Counted from the whole stretch's first letter, positions 26,743 to 39,876 are shown. The stretch: DNA of 63,393 nt, filler included, from Reticulomyxa filosa (GCA_000512085.1; 19 parts of 19 records of this genome joined end to end with filler, not necessarily neighbours in it), one strand, 5' to 3'. The notes: generated by a model from the sequence alone, not told the origin. Translations and numbers: made by a program.

Positions 26743-28843
26743 ATGGAATTGTCGCAAAAATTGACTCAAATGAATGAATACAATATTAAGCAAGACCAGT
26801 TGAACAAGGCTTTCGTGAGCGCAGAGCGAACGAAATCAGCCTTCCGGTCACAAAGGGAAACGGCAGAAAAGTCGTTGTTGTCATTAAAGCAAGAGGAAAG
26901 GGACATGACAAAACAAGGTAGTGGTACCCATTCATACAGTTAAATTTTGTTTGTTTGTTTGAAACAAAAAAACAAGTGCAACGACAACAAAAGTATTTTT
27001 TTGTATGTATACGTTACGCGGTGGGACCGAAATGGACAGGTCCTGAGCAAAAGGACAAGCTGAAAAAAAGAATTGAGGACGTCTTAGGCGAAATAAAAGC
27101 AGCAGAGATGGAAGAGCAAAAGTGTTATGATACCGAAATGATGTTGTACCAACAGCAGCAACAGCTGAAGAATGTCCGAGAAAACTTTGGTAACGAATCG
27201 CAACTGTTGCCAATTGAGTCAGGATTATCGAAAACGCCTCAAAAACCTATCCCAAGCCAAGTCTGTGTGAAAGAGGAAAAAGGATACTTTTTTTTTAATT
27301 TTTATTTATGCGTCCATTTGTTTCTATTGAAACAACGTTTTGCAAAGAACCAGTTTTTTTTTTTTATTTAAAAAAAAAAATGTAGTTCTCCTCATCCTCC
27401 AAAGTATCAGAAAAGGGAACACATGAACATCGTCCAAATGAGGAATTACGTGAAGCGCATGAACAACATGGAACCCGCAAACTTCCTGGCCTGCAAGGAC
27501 AATCCGGATTTCAAAGTGGAGTATCATCCACTGGACCAAGTGGAACGTCCTCTGGAACTACAGGGACATCTGGAATTAGTGGATTTGGTGGACCTGGGAC
27601 AGATCAACGCGCTGGACATGGTGATGTCGGAGTGCAAGGAACCGGGTCTCGTGTGCAAGGACACGATGTTAGCGGTGTGCAAGGACATGATGTTAGCGGT
27701 GTGCAAGGAACCGGATCTCGTGTGCAAGGAACTGGATCTCGTGTGCAAGGACACGATATTAGCGGTGTGCACGAACGTGGAATGGGCTCCGCGGCGAAAG
27801 AACAGTTTGGGATGGGCTCGTTACATCCACAACAACAACAACAACAACAACAAAGTGGAACTGCCTTTCCCTCCTCCACCACTTCTACCTCTTCCTCGCG
27901 CCAGACTGCTGAGCAACCACATGGATCGCACGAACAACGTGGACCGCAGCAAGAACGTGCAATACAAGGACATGACATTGGCTTTGGAGTGCAAGGACAG
28001 CAAGGAACACAAGAGCACTCGTTTGGAGCGCAAGGAGTACAAGGGCATCAAGGAACACAAGAGCACTCGTTTGGAGCGCAAGGAGTACAAGGACAGCAAG
28101 GAACACAAGAGCGCTCGTTTGGAGCACAAGGAGTGCAAGGAGTGCAAGGAGTGCAAGGACAGAGTGGACTTCCAAGACAAGCCGGAATACAAAGTGGAAC
28201 ACAAGAGCGTAGCGGAGTGCAAGGACAACAACACGGAATGCAAGGTGTGCAAGGCCATGGGATGCAAGAAGCCGTACCGGAACGCAGGCTTCATGAGCAA
28301 TTTGGGACGCACCAACAACAACAACAACAACAACAACATGGACAATCGGCGATGTCGGAATCAAACTCGTGGGAACAACCTTTACCCGACGCCAAAGGGA
28401 CGATAGTAGGACAACAAGACTATGATATAAGAAAGGCACGAGAAGATGCACGTAATTTGCGAAGTGCTATGAAAGGTAATTTTTATGCGTTTGCATTGTG
28501 TGTGTGTGTGCATATGTGTGAAAGGACAATAAACAACAACTCCTTTTTTTTTTCCTCCCCTTCAAAAAATAGGAGCTGGAGCCGACCGAGGTGTCATTGC
28601 ACAAATCGCGGGAAACCGAACAATAATGCAGCGACAAATGATTTCCAAAGAGTACGCATTAATGGAAGGAAAAGAGAAACAAAACTTAATCGATGATTTG
28701 AGATCCGAGATTACAGGAGACTTGGGAAAGCTGGTAGTGCCATTGTTTATGCAGCCCGGAGAGTTTGATGCATATTTGTTGACAAAAGCAATGGAAGGAA
28801 TTGGCTGCGATTCAGATATACTGATCGAAATCTTGTGCACTCG
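26743..28843 (+). CDS. Annexin with very long N-terminal coiled-coil and G/Q-repeat head (3' truncated)
   Basis: Exons 26743-26917, 27040-27260, 27386-28475, 28573-28843 splice in phase. Annexin repeats EDARNLRSAMKG|AGADRGVI...QRQMISKEY...LIDDLRSEITGD and FDAYLLTKAMEGIGCDSDILIEILCTR. Confidence 0.9.
27625..28260 (+). repeat. Coding tandem repeats in the annexin head
   Basis: 21-nt (QGTGSRV) and 24-nt (QGHDVSGV) units, three 48-nt units (QGTQEHSFGAQGVQGx), 9-nt GVQ units and CAA poly-Q tracts. Confidence 0.85.
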
Positions 28844-29035
28844 GTAAATAAATAAATAAAAAGGAGGGAAAAAAAAAGAAGAGGTAGGGGGGGGGGGGTA
28901 GCATTTTTCAAAAATGAGACACTTTTTTTTTTTTTNNNNNNNNNNNNNNNNNNNNNNNNNNNNNNNNNNNNNNNNNNNNTTAATTAATTAANNNNNNNNN
29001 NNNNNNNNNNNNNNNNNNNNNNNNNNNNNNNNNNN

Positions 29036-30055
29036 AATAATAATAATAAAAGTTGGTCCAAATGAGTCGGCAAGGTGTCATACCCCAATCAGTACAAGAG
29101 CATGAACACGTGGGAAGACGTGTGGAAAGCAAACCAAACATGTCTATTCAGACGAGCACAAGTACTTTCGACAAACGTACCAACGATTCCTCCAGTGATT
29201 TTTTGCAAATTATGCGAAGGTCCAGTTTATTGGTATTTATTTCTACATTTACCACTTGTTAAGTCACACTATATATGTATATACATATATATATATGTAT
29301 ATGTACATATATGTATATGTACACATATACATATATGTACACATATACATATATGTACAATATTTAAATAAATACAATTAAAAAAAAAAAAAAAAAACGT
29401 TTGCGTATTCGTTGGCGGAATGTTGTTCCGTCGGGTATTGATATTGATTCCATTGGATGCGTTGGTGAATGCACTTTGTGTATCAATGTTGTACCAACAC
29501 ATGACGCCGGTATATAAGCGCTGCTGCTATGGCCTTGAGAATATGTGCTGTGCACTGTGTACCACCAACTTTGGTCCTCATTTATGCGGGTTTCTGTGCG
29601 TCGTCTGCTGCTGTGTGGAATGCGAGTCTTGTCGTTGCTGTTGGAATTGCTCTGGACAAATGCACGAGGAGCCGCAAGAAGTCAATCCCAACTTGCACGC
29701 AAAACATGCCATTTTGCACTTTTCTGGACAACTGCCACCCCTTGCAACTATCCTCGGAAAAGGAATAGAAGGAGGAAAAAATGCTGATAACAACTCGGCT
29801 ATCATGGCTGAGTTGCAAGTGGATGATCATTTGGCATTCAATCAACCAATCAATCCAACTAACCCAGTCAATACCCTTAATGCACAAATGCCGTCGGTCG
29901 AGCCTTTTGTCACGCATACGCATACGCAAACTCAAAGCGAAGTTACTCTACCTGACAAAAATGCTCCGTTGACCACTACTCCTCATCACACCAATCCTCG
30001 AACTTCTTTGTCCGGTGTTCAATTCTCGTTTCACGACAGTCAACCCACTTTCTAG
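29036..30055 (+). CDS. C-terminal part of a membrane protein with a Cys-rich tail (possibly 7TM-like)
   Basis: Hydrophobic segments and LIPLDALVNALCVSML followed by a Cys cluster (KRCCYGLENMCCALC...CVVCCCVECESCRCCWNC). Confidence 0.45.
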
Positions 30056-30339
30056 ATTTTCCGTTGTTTGTCGCTTTTCTATCCTCATCCAATTTTCAAA
30101 AAAATATTGCTTCAAATTTATTAGCAATGCCAAATTTCCAAAATTGAGAGTCTATTTATCTGAATTCGNNNNNNNNNNNNNNNNNNNNNNNNNNNNNNNN
30201 NNNNNNNNNNNNTTAATTAATTAANNNNNNNNNNNNNNNNNNNNNNNNNNNNNNNNNNNNNNNNNNNNCAAGCTCTTCTCCAAAAAAAATTATTCCTTTT
30301 TGTGTTTATTATCAAACAACGAAGAAATCCTTCTACAGT

Positions 30340-31672
30340 AGGTCACTCAATTGATGAACACCATTCAATTAGGAGCAGAGTTTCAACAAGCATTGGCCGG
30401 AGTGCGAGCTGGTATAGTTGACTTTGTAGAACGTTGTTCGTATAGTGAAAATATTCCATTTGCAATCCAAGGATTAAATATCCAAATCGATAAATATAAA
30501 TAGTATCAACATAAGGTTCATCTGTTTGTAGAAAAGACTAGTGGAGATGTTGACAAGTCAGTAAAACAAGCTTTTAACAATGGAGTGTCAAAAGAAGCGG
30601 AAGAGATCTCCAAACAATTGCTCAGGATATTAGAAGAACTGAAAAAAAAAGATGAAAAGAAAAAAGAGGTTCAAAAAAAATAAGCAGAAACATCTAAACA
30701 AATCGATGAAATAATGAAAAAGATTGGCGAAAAACAAGTTGATAAATGTTCATGTGAAATCGAACTTTCCATTGCAAAAAATGACATAACTGGTAGTCAA
30801 GCAGCAAAGGATTGGGCACAAAAACGGAAACAAGAGCTAAATGAACAGAACGCAAAGGACTGGTGCAATGTAACTAAATATCGTACTTGCTATACATATC
30901 GTTGGTATTGGTGGTCTTATTCGTGGCCATATCAAGAGACTTACCAAGACACTACTCACACTGGAGAACAAACAAAATTGAGAGAAATGGAAGATAAAAT
31001 GAAAAAAGAAAATGAAGAATTTGAAACCAAAAGAGGGCAGGCTGTAAAAAAACAACAGGAAAATGAGAAAACAATTATTGGATTAAATACTGATATCGAC
31101 ACTTTGGAAAAAAAAAAACGACCTTATCAAAAAACAAATGAAGAAATGAAAGAGATTGAAAAAGAAATCGATGACTGATCAAAGAAAAAGAGAAACTTCA
31201 AGATAATTTGTCTGAAGTTTTAAAAAAAAAGGTATGCAAAGTGCTGATGCTGTCAAGAGTTCTTCCAAATTTACGATAAATTCCAACAAGGATTACTTGT
31301 TAGTTATGCTGGTCTCTTCAATATTGAAAAAGATATCAATATTTTAGAACAACGGTTTTCTCTTAAATTCGATACTGAAATTAAATTAAAAACTCCTTTT
31401 TGCAATCTTTCGGATTGAAAGTATTAGACCAAATTTTGCAAACTATTGGAGTTAACAAAGCTATTCATTTATGCAGAAGAAAGTGAAAATTTTAAGAAAG
31501 ATATTAGTCGTCGTTTGCAATCCATTGATGGTGTTAACCCATTGGATATTGAGGCATTAGAAGAGTATTGTGAAACTCTTACTATCGATGAAATTAAAAA
31601 ACAACAAAAAATGAAAGAACAATCTACAAAAAATATTGTTGCTGTAATGTCTCGTCCGTTGGTGTGTTTTTA
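30340..31672 (+). pseudogene. Decayed coiled-coil protein gene
   Basis: Continuous protein-like frame with in-frame TAG (~30501) and TAA (~30681), plus several frameshifts after 31175. Confidence 0.55.
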
Positions 31673-31772
31673 NNNNNNNNNNNNNNNNNNNNNNNNNNNN
31701 NNNNNNNNNNNNNNNNTTAATTAATTAANNNNNNNNNNNNNNNNNNNNNNNNNNNNNNNNNNNNNNNNNNNN

Positions 31773-32800
31773 TTGCTTTTGCTTTTGCTTCTGTTTCTTT
31801 GCTTTTCTTTGTCTTTCCAATTGTCATTGCTGCGTTCGCGACTCTTTTCTTTTTTATATTTACCTGCATGCCGGCTTCGACTTCGACTTCGGCTTTGCTT
31901 TTGATTACGATTGTGATTGTGATTGCGATTTCTACTTCTACTTCTGCTTCTGCTTCTGCTTCTGCTTCTGCTCTTGGTTTGAGTAGATGAACTTATGGCT
32001 CTCTTTCCTTCGCCTTTTCGATTTCGATATCTGTTTCTAAACTTGGTTCTCGACCGACTCTTGGTCCTGTCTCGACTTCTTCGTCCCTTTGACTTGTCAA
32101 CACTCGACGTTTCACCGCCTCGTCGTCTGTCTCTTGCTCTCTCCCTTTTTCTGTCTTTGCTTCGACTTGCGTCCCAGTGCCGCCCTTCGTCCTGCTCTCT
32201 TGACCACGTGCTGCACATCACACCGCGCCAAATAGCAAAAGAGACTTTAAAAAAAAAAAAAAGGGGGTAAGGAGAAGACTCAATGACAATGACAATGACA
32301 ATAATTAGGATAAAAAGAACTGGTAAAAGCGTGCAGAAGTGGAGATGTCACGAGGGCGAGTATTGTAAGAAAGATGAGAGGAAGCAATGGACGACATTGT
32401 TTCACCATTGTTATTGTGATTGTAATTGCAATTGTAATTGTGATTATTATTGTAATTATTATTGCTATTGCTATTGTTATTGTGATCATGATTATGATCG
32501 TGGCCATGATTGTGATTGTGATTGTGATTGTGACGGTTATAGTAATGGTGGCTATCCAAGTGCGGAGATGTCACATGGCTATTGCTCCACACCTTTGTTG
32601 CTCTGTTCTCGCACGCTTGCCGGCTTTGCTTTTCTTGTCTTTCCATCTTGTATCCTAATCCATTGTCCTCTGATCGATATCGAAGTTCAATCCCAAAATA
32701 AAACACAAACACCCGACTCAACGTTGCAACTCACACCCCAAGCAAACCCTTGTTCATACAAACAACAGCAACACTACAAACAAAAAAGAAAATGATAACA
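31773..32800 (-). CDS. RS-rich low-complexity protein fragment (SR-like)
   Basis: RSRSRSRSRSRSRNRNHNHN and RSRDRTKSRSR tracts; HN/N-rich upstream segment; both ends at linkers. Confidence 0.5.
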
Positions 32801-32919
32801 GACGATTCCATCTGTCGGGNNNNNNNNNNNNNNNNNNNNNNNNNNNNNNNNNNNNNNNNNNNNTTAATTAATTAANNNNNNNNNNNNNNNNNNNNNNNNN
32901 NNNNNNNNNNNNNNNNNNN

Positions 32920-33480
32920 CAACGACAACAGCAACAACAGCGAGAACGAAGAACGAGAACGAGAACAAGAACTGCAACAGCAACAGAAACAACAGCAACA
33001 GAAACAATTGCAACACCAACGAGAACGAGAACGAGAACAAGAACTGCAACAGCAACTCCAACAGCAACAACAACAACAACTCCAACAGCAGAAACAACAA
33101 CAACAACAACTACAACAACAGAGAGAACAACGACAGCAACGAGAACGCAACAACAGGAACAACACGACGACAAAACAACTACAACAACAGAGAGAACGAG
33201 AACTGCAACAACGAGAAAGAGAACGACAACAACAACTCCAACAGCAGCAACAACAGCAACAAGAGCAACAACAACAGCAACAACAACAATTGCGACGAGA
33301 ACAAAGACGACGACAACAACAACAACAATTACTATGGCCACAGCCACGGCCACGGCCAAATCAACAACAACAAAAGCAACAACAGCATTGGCGGTCACAA
33401 CAGGAATTGCTGCCAATGCAACAACAACAACAACAACGGCTAAAACTACAAGAGCAACAGCAACAGCAACAGCAGCAAAG
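32920..33480 (+). repeat. Degenerate (CAA/CAG/CGAGAA)n microsatellite encoding a Q/R/E-rich tract
   Basis: About 560 bp of trinucleotide and hexanucleotide repeats, followed by a GTATGT donor-like site near 33480. Confidence 0.75.
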
Positions 33481-33557
33481 TATGTGAAAAAAAGATAGAG
33501 AGATAAATTGTAATTGAATTTTTTGTGTGTGTGTATTTGTTTTTTTTATTTATAGAA

Positions 33558-34974
33558 ATGGCGCCATGGATGGTGCAGTTGCAAATCATTTTTGCAATCA
33601 TTTTTTATTTGGTGATGATGTCGGCGGCCATTTATGTTGGTTATATAGTTATAACCAACATAAATAATTGGTGGCCATCAGTGCCAAATGAAAATTGGAG
33701 TCGCTGTGGGTGCATATACGGCCCAAATGGCGATGAATCAAATCTCAAAGCATTCTACAAGCATTGGCTGGATTTTATGCATGAATGACAGATCAAACGT
33801 TTGGATTAGCCATGGTAAAATTGAACAACACCTTCATTAACTCTGCTGCAACAACAAATATCCGTTTGATGGACAGTGTTGTGCATAAACATACGTGAAA
33901 CTTTTTGCTATTGAATACAAACAGACTCAATACAGATAATTTTACAACTTATTGGCGAAATGTATCTGTGTTGGCATCTCAAAGTGGAGTTGTACCGAGG
34001 AAAGCTATGATAACTTTGTCTGGCAGCAGATTGGGAATGACAAACACTTGGTTAAAAATAAATTCAACTTTATTTGAAAATAATATTGGGACACTTTTTG
34101 ACAGTCAACAGTCAAATATCAGTTGGGAAGGAATTCCATCAACCCTTGCCTGTCCAACCAACACGGATCAATGGAATGTTACAGGTGTTATGCAATTGGA
34201 TCTGGAGGTAATTATTTAATGCGATTCATGAACCACAGAATATGTATGAAACAATTGCAATTAATCAACAATAATCAACAATAATTGCAGTACAGACAGT
34301 ATCAGCAGCACGTTTGCAACACAATGTATTATATTCATTGATACCATACATTTCGACTAACTATGGGCCTTCCTTCATAGACATCAAAAGAAGCATCGAA
34401 AGTTTATCGCACCTGAGCATAGTCGAAATATGCATAGACACAAATACAGAAAAAAATGACACTGCAATCGCATTTGTCTATGCTCACGATGTAGGTAATG
34501 GACAGTTTACGTGTGCATTATGGAATTTATTTAGAACAAGATGATACAGCATTTAAAAATCAAACAATTAATGCGATAATAATGGACAATGTTTTTAAAG
34601 AATTATCCATAGCGTCATTATTCTTTCATCAAACAATAAAAGCGGAAAACACATCAAAATAATAACAATGATTGGAAATTGGTATAGTGATAAACAAAAT
34701 AACAGAAGATCTCACGTTGATTTTGCGGATAACACATTTAAAAATTATAAAGATAATAATGCATCACCATTTTTAATTCAATTAACTGCAAATGGAATAA
34801 CTTACAAACAAATAAATGGATTGAATTATATGGAAAAATTGATACAGCTCATAATAATATGTTAATAGAAGATAACTCGGAATATTTGTATTGTGAAGAT
34901 TGCAATAGTATTTCAATGGAAGGAATGATCAAATATAAAACGAGTGAATATTACAAAGACCAATTCAATGAATA
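33558..34974 (+). pseudogene. Type II membrane glycoprotein-like gene with stops and frameshifts
   Basis: Transmembrane segment IIFAIIFYLVMMSAAIYVGYIVI and many NxS/T sites; in-frame TGA and TAG near 33786-33810; later frameshifts. Confidence 0.4.
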
Positions 34975-35074
34975 NNNNNNNNNNNNNNNNNNNNNNNNNN
35001 NNNNNNNNNNNNNNNNNNTTAATTAATTAANNNNNNNNNNNNNNNNNNNNNNNNNNNNNNNNNNNNNNNNNNNN

Positions 35075-38000
35075 CTTTTCCAAGATCTTGTTTCAAAGTA
35101 CCTTGTTTTTTATCTCCATTTTTATCATCAGTAAAAGAAAATGGAGTTGATTTACATTCTTTCAAATAATTTAATACTTTTTCTGTTCTTGCAGCATTTA
35201 ATACACCAAAATTATATCCTACTGTTTTAAATTTTTCAATTTCTCGTTCATATTGTTTAATCTTTTCAACGAGTTCAGGTTCATTATTCACCCATCTTAT
35301 GATTTCAGTTTCTGAAAAATCTCGACTTTTCAAAAATTCAGAGGCATTCTCAAATGCCATCTTTTCTTTTGATTGTAATCTCTGAAATTCTTTTTTGATT
35401 TGTTGGTATTTCTTCAAGTCCTTATTCAATTCTTCAATTTGTTTTTTTTGAGCTTCGTCAAATTGCTTCGCTCCTTCTTGAAGTTGCTCAAATTTTGCCT
35501 GTTCTTTTGCTTCTTCCCTTTCCACTTCGTCAATCTCTTTGTATCCTTGTTCTTTCAAAAATTCAATGGCTTTTTGTGGAATAATTTTATCCTTCCAAGT
35601 CACTTTTTTGGCCAATCTTTGGTACTCAGAAGAGACATCCCCCAATAACGACATTTTTTCCTGCACTTTCTGAATGTCACTATCAAAATCTTTTGTTTTT
35701 TCTTCAAGAGTTTTTTCGCTCGTTTTTAATTTGTTTTCAATGGAACCAATTCTAGAATCCAAATCTTGTGCACTCGTTAACTCTTTTTGTTGCAAAAATG
35801 CATTGGCATGAGTAAGACTTTCTGCATACACTTTCAATTTCACCAACTGTTCCTTGATTTCTCTTTGATAATTCACAGTTTTTTTTTCTGATGAATATTC
35901 ATTTGCAATTGTTAATAATGTTGTTTTAATAGCTTGTTCAATGCGGACACTAACACTTTTGCGATAAGTGGAAATTTCTGGAATGGTATCCTCTAATCTA
36001 CGCAATTTGTCAAGATGACTGACTATTTTACGACCTTGTTCCAAATGATCTGGATGATTAATATCGAATTCTAAATATTGATAAGATTGCTCTAATTCTT
36101 GTAAATAAGATTCTACATTTTTTTTGAGGTCGATCATCAATTTGTTGTTTCCTTCTTTCCTTTCGTCAATCCATTTTAATTGATCAACACAAACAACACA
36201 ATCAAAAAGACGATTGTAATCAAATGATGGATCTTGCTTGAATAAAGAAGAAAGTATTACTTCTACATCTTTTCGAACAAACCCAAATATTCTTTCAATA
36301 ATTTGGAAATAAGATCTTTGTGTTCTTTGTTCAACTGCTTTTACCTTTCGAAGATCATCCATCACGTTCACAAATCCTTTGATTTCATTAAATGCATGAT
36401 ATCTTTGTTTTTCAAAAAGAGATGTGATTTTTTGACTGATTTTATCAAAATAATCAATGATTTCATTTAAAAATGAATGAAATAATTCTTTTATTGGTTT
36501 GTTAAGATTGAAATGTTCACAAGGTGATTCAAATACATTCATTGCTGTTTCCAATATTATTACATTTTTTTCCAATAATTTAATATCATTAATGGTCAGT
36601 TTTTTAATCCAAAAAGAAGAATTGTAATCTTTTTCTTTTTTAGAATCAAAATCACCTTTCACTACTCTTTTGATCACGACAAGTCCTTCATTCGTCACGT
36701 TATTTAAATGGGTTATCAACAATGTCTCCACATTTTCTATTTCTGTTTTAATATTTAAAGTAGAGACTAAATGGGATTGAAGAAACAATATTTTTACTAG
36801 TGACTCCAAATTTTGTCGCATCTTCTCAAATTGATTCTTTCTGATGCATTTTTTGGTATTTTCCACATAATTAATTAAATTATCTGTCAAATTTCTGCAG
36901 GCGAGGTTGTAAATGGGTGGAAAACCAGAGAAAATATCACACAATTGTTTCAATTTGTCTAGGCGTATTTTCAATGTAAGTTCGTTTTTGATATCTTTAA
37001 GGCCACAACATAAATCCATAATTCGTTTGTGCAAATTTTGCATTAAAAAATCTTTATTGATTGCTTCTTTAAAGTGTTTTTGCAGTAGCTGAGTTTTCTT
37101 GAGGTCATCAATGCTTATTTTATATGCCAAAATGTCCTCTTTGCTAATTGCATCTGGAGATGTTATGCACTTATTAAATTCATTTGTCGTATGTTCAATT
37201 TTTTCATTCCATTCTTGAGTTAACTTCTTAACGCAATCATCGTAACTATTTTGAATAGCATCGGTTCTCAAAATCTCATTCAAGGCATGCAATTCATTCA
37301 ATTTGGTATTGACTCTTTGGTAATCGCAATGTTTGAACGCGTGTAAAATGTGGGCTTTGTGTTTTTCGACTTGCAATCGAACTGCTGACATGGATTTTTC
37401 AGTGACAAAGGGTTGAAAAACATCAAGTGGATCTCTAATGAAGTCTTGCTCATCTAAAAATTTCTCCAATATATCAATGTATGAACCATTCAACAAATCT
37501 GGTGTAATCGCACCTTTTTTTGTTTTTTTTACAATGTCAGCCAACAGTGCTTTGTACCCCTCGTCCGATTCATCTTCGGGTATGTTGATGAGAGTTTCTT
37601 TCACTAAGGCATGAATATGTCGCCTTTGATCTTTTGGCCATTTCGTGAATACATACGAAAATTTACTGAGATGATCTGTGATGGAGGGAACAATTCCAAC
37701 CAAAGTCCGAGCCAGATCTTTAATACAATTCATCCGATGTCCCAAGGCAGTGTACCCGGATCAAAACCACAATTTTGACACTCTTGGAATTATGGAGTGC
37801 CCTAATGACACTAATGCCATTGGCGACATCGACTTCAAGGCCACTTGTATCTTCAAAGCCAGGAGAATCGCAAAGCACAACCATATCTTGGTCTGTATAT
37901 ATTCCCATTTCCTTCAAATCAATTGGGACAGCGGTGATATATTTAGTCTCCGATTTTACATTTGGACTAGTCGTAACGTTGATTAAAGCCTCGTTTTTAA

Positions 38001-38255
38001 TTTCGATTGGAGCGATATGAGGTAATCCGTTCACTATTTGTTGTTTCATGGTAGATCCCGCCAGGAATGGATTAATGAAGATTTGCCTGTACCTGTGCCT
38101 CCAAGAAATAATATCACATTTTTATCTCTTATTTGCTCGGCTGCTTCCTCTGCTTTTGCCACCAACTTCAACATTAAGCTGATATCAAATCCAATCTTTT
38201 CATCGAATTTTCTCTCATCTTCCTTTTTGTCGTCGTCATTGTAAAACTCCTGCAT
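35075..38255 (-). CDS. Large intronless P-loop GTPase with long helical C-terminus (two frameshifts; possible pseudogene)
   Basis: G1 LFLGGTGTGKS (38079-38102), G2-like SETKY, G3 LCDSPGFEDT, G4-like YVFTK, joined across frameshifts at ~38066 and ~37758 to a >880-aa helical/coiled-coil ORF that runs into the linker. Confidence 0.75.
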
Positions 38256-38499
38256 TTTTTTTTTTGGACTGATCCCTTATCGGACCGGCTCTGCTTTTTG
38301 TATTTTTCTCTCTTTTGCGCATTTGTTGATGTACTTTTTGCTTTGGGCTTTGTCTTTGAATAGNNNNNNNNNNNNNNNNNNNNNNNNNNNNNNNNNNNNN
38401 NNNNNNNTTAATTAATTAANNNNNNNNNNNNNNNNNNNNNNNNNNNNNNNNNNNNNNNNNNNNCGGACTTGAGGGAGTCATTGAAAGGCTAGTCCCTCA

Positions 38500-39768
38500 T
38501 TTTTTGCGTGGCTCTTCCACTTCTTGAATCCGATTGATTCGGTTTTTTTGGTAACCGAACAATTAGTTCATATCCACATCGATGAGGTCTTTGGGAGGGG
38601 GGGAGGGCATGATACAATCGCTTTCTGGCACCGACGTTACTCACACATCCACCCAGCAGCGCCTCCCCCAACATATTGAAGCGATTGATTGTCCTGTTTT
38701 GTCGAATGGTGGAGCAATTTTTGAGTCTTCGATAACGGAGACAGTCGAGTCAAAACGTGCAACAACATTTTCTGCATCTCTGTTTATATCTTCACCAATA
38801 ATCAATGCTCAATGTTTCACGAGCTTATGAAATTTATATCATCAGCACGCGTATGATATAAAACCCAAAGTGCATGTGCGCACACAGACAATCAGTTTCG
38901 ACACGAGTGATCAATATATGCATTTCGATTGTTGTTCCGCTCCATAAATTTAGCGCCAATTTTCACAACAATCGAGTTTCCATTGTTCGCCGGCGCCGTC
39001 TTTTGAATGCTTCGAGTTTCCACTTGACATTGTCACAATCGTGCAGCAGCTTCCATGCTTTTGTAATGTCAGATGAGAATTCTTCCCAGACCTCTTGAAA
39101 TTGCTCAAACATGACTGGGGGGATAAAGAGTTCTCTGTCGAATTGATGTTTTGGCACATATCATATTTCTTGAATGTCGGTACGTTCTTCTTCTTGATCA
39201 AAGAAATGAAACAAGTCATTGAGCGGTAAATCAAAATTGGATTTTGCCTTTTCATTCATATCGTGATCAGCATCGCACCTTCAATGTCGATTTCATCAAA
39301 GATCCATTGCCCGTTCACCTGACTATACCGGGCTCGAAGGTCGTGGATATCTTCTTTGTGATTATCATCGACAAATGTAGTTTTGATATACAGTCCAAAT
39401 TGCAAGTCGATTGTCACATTTTGAGCATTGGAAATACTAATCTTGTTTGGCAAATTTGATCCCATACCATACCAACCCCTTTGTAAGTTTCCATGAGAGT
39501 ATCGCAACTTCAAAACTCGTCTTCACATTCTGGACATCGTCTTTTCAAATATTGGCGACTCAGGCCATCGTTGTTTCACAAGTAATCTTCGTGTTGATGG
39601 ACACGTAAAGTACGTATTCCTTTGTGCGCTCCATTGTTCTTGTCCCATCCATTGTGCAACTCCACAAGTATCTACTCGTCTGTCGAGGAATGCGTGGTAT
39701 CGTATGCCATTGATCACTTCCACGATCTCACCTAATTCCAAGAGGCTAGTTGTTATTGTTTTCTCCGA
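38500..39768 (-). pseudogene. Decayed gene of unknown family
   Basis: Three ORFs in the same frame (39523-39741, 39256-39513, 38950-39255) separated by single TGA codons, with apparent frameshifts further downstream. Confidence 0.45.
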
Positions 39769-39876
39769 NNNNNNNNNNNNNNNNNNNNNNNNNNNNNNNN
39801 NNNNNNNNNNNNTTAATTAATTAANNNNNNNNNNNNNNNNNNNNNNNNNNNNNNNNNNNNNNNNNNNNCTAATGGC

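Noticed and set aside
27423-28451. 327-aa Cys/Lys-rich alternative-frame ORF and several antisense ORFs over the annexin head
   Set aside because: Shadows of in-frame tandem repeats that lack stops; only the G/Q frame splices into the annexin core.
13590-28935. Functional gene cluster (mannosidase, zinc finger, RNR, vWA, annexin) on the longest contig
   Set aside because: Unrelated functions, mixed strands and ordinary eukaryotic spacing; no evidence of a shared pathway.
32283-33416. Poly-Cys, poly-Val and poly-Leu ORFs resembling metallothioneins or membrane proteins
   Set aside because: Alternative readings of (CAA)n and (GATTGT)n microsatellites.
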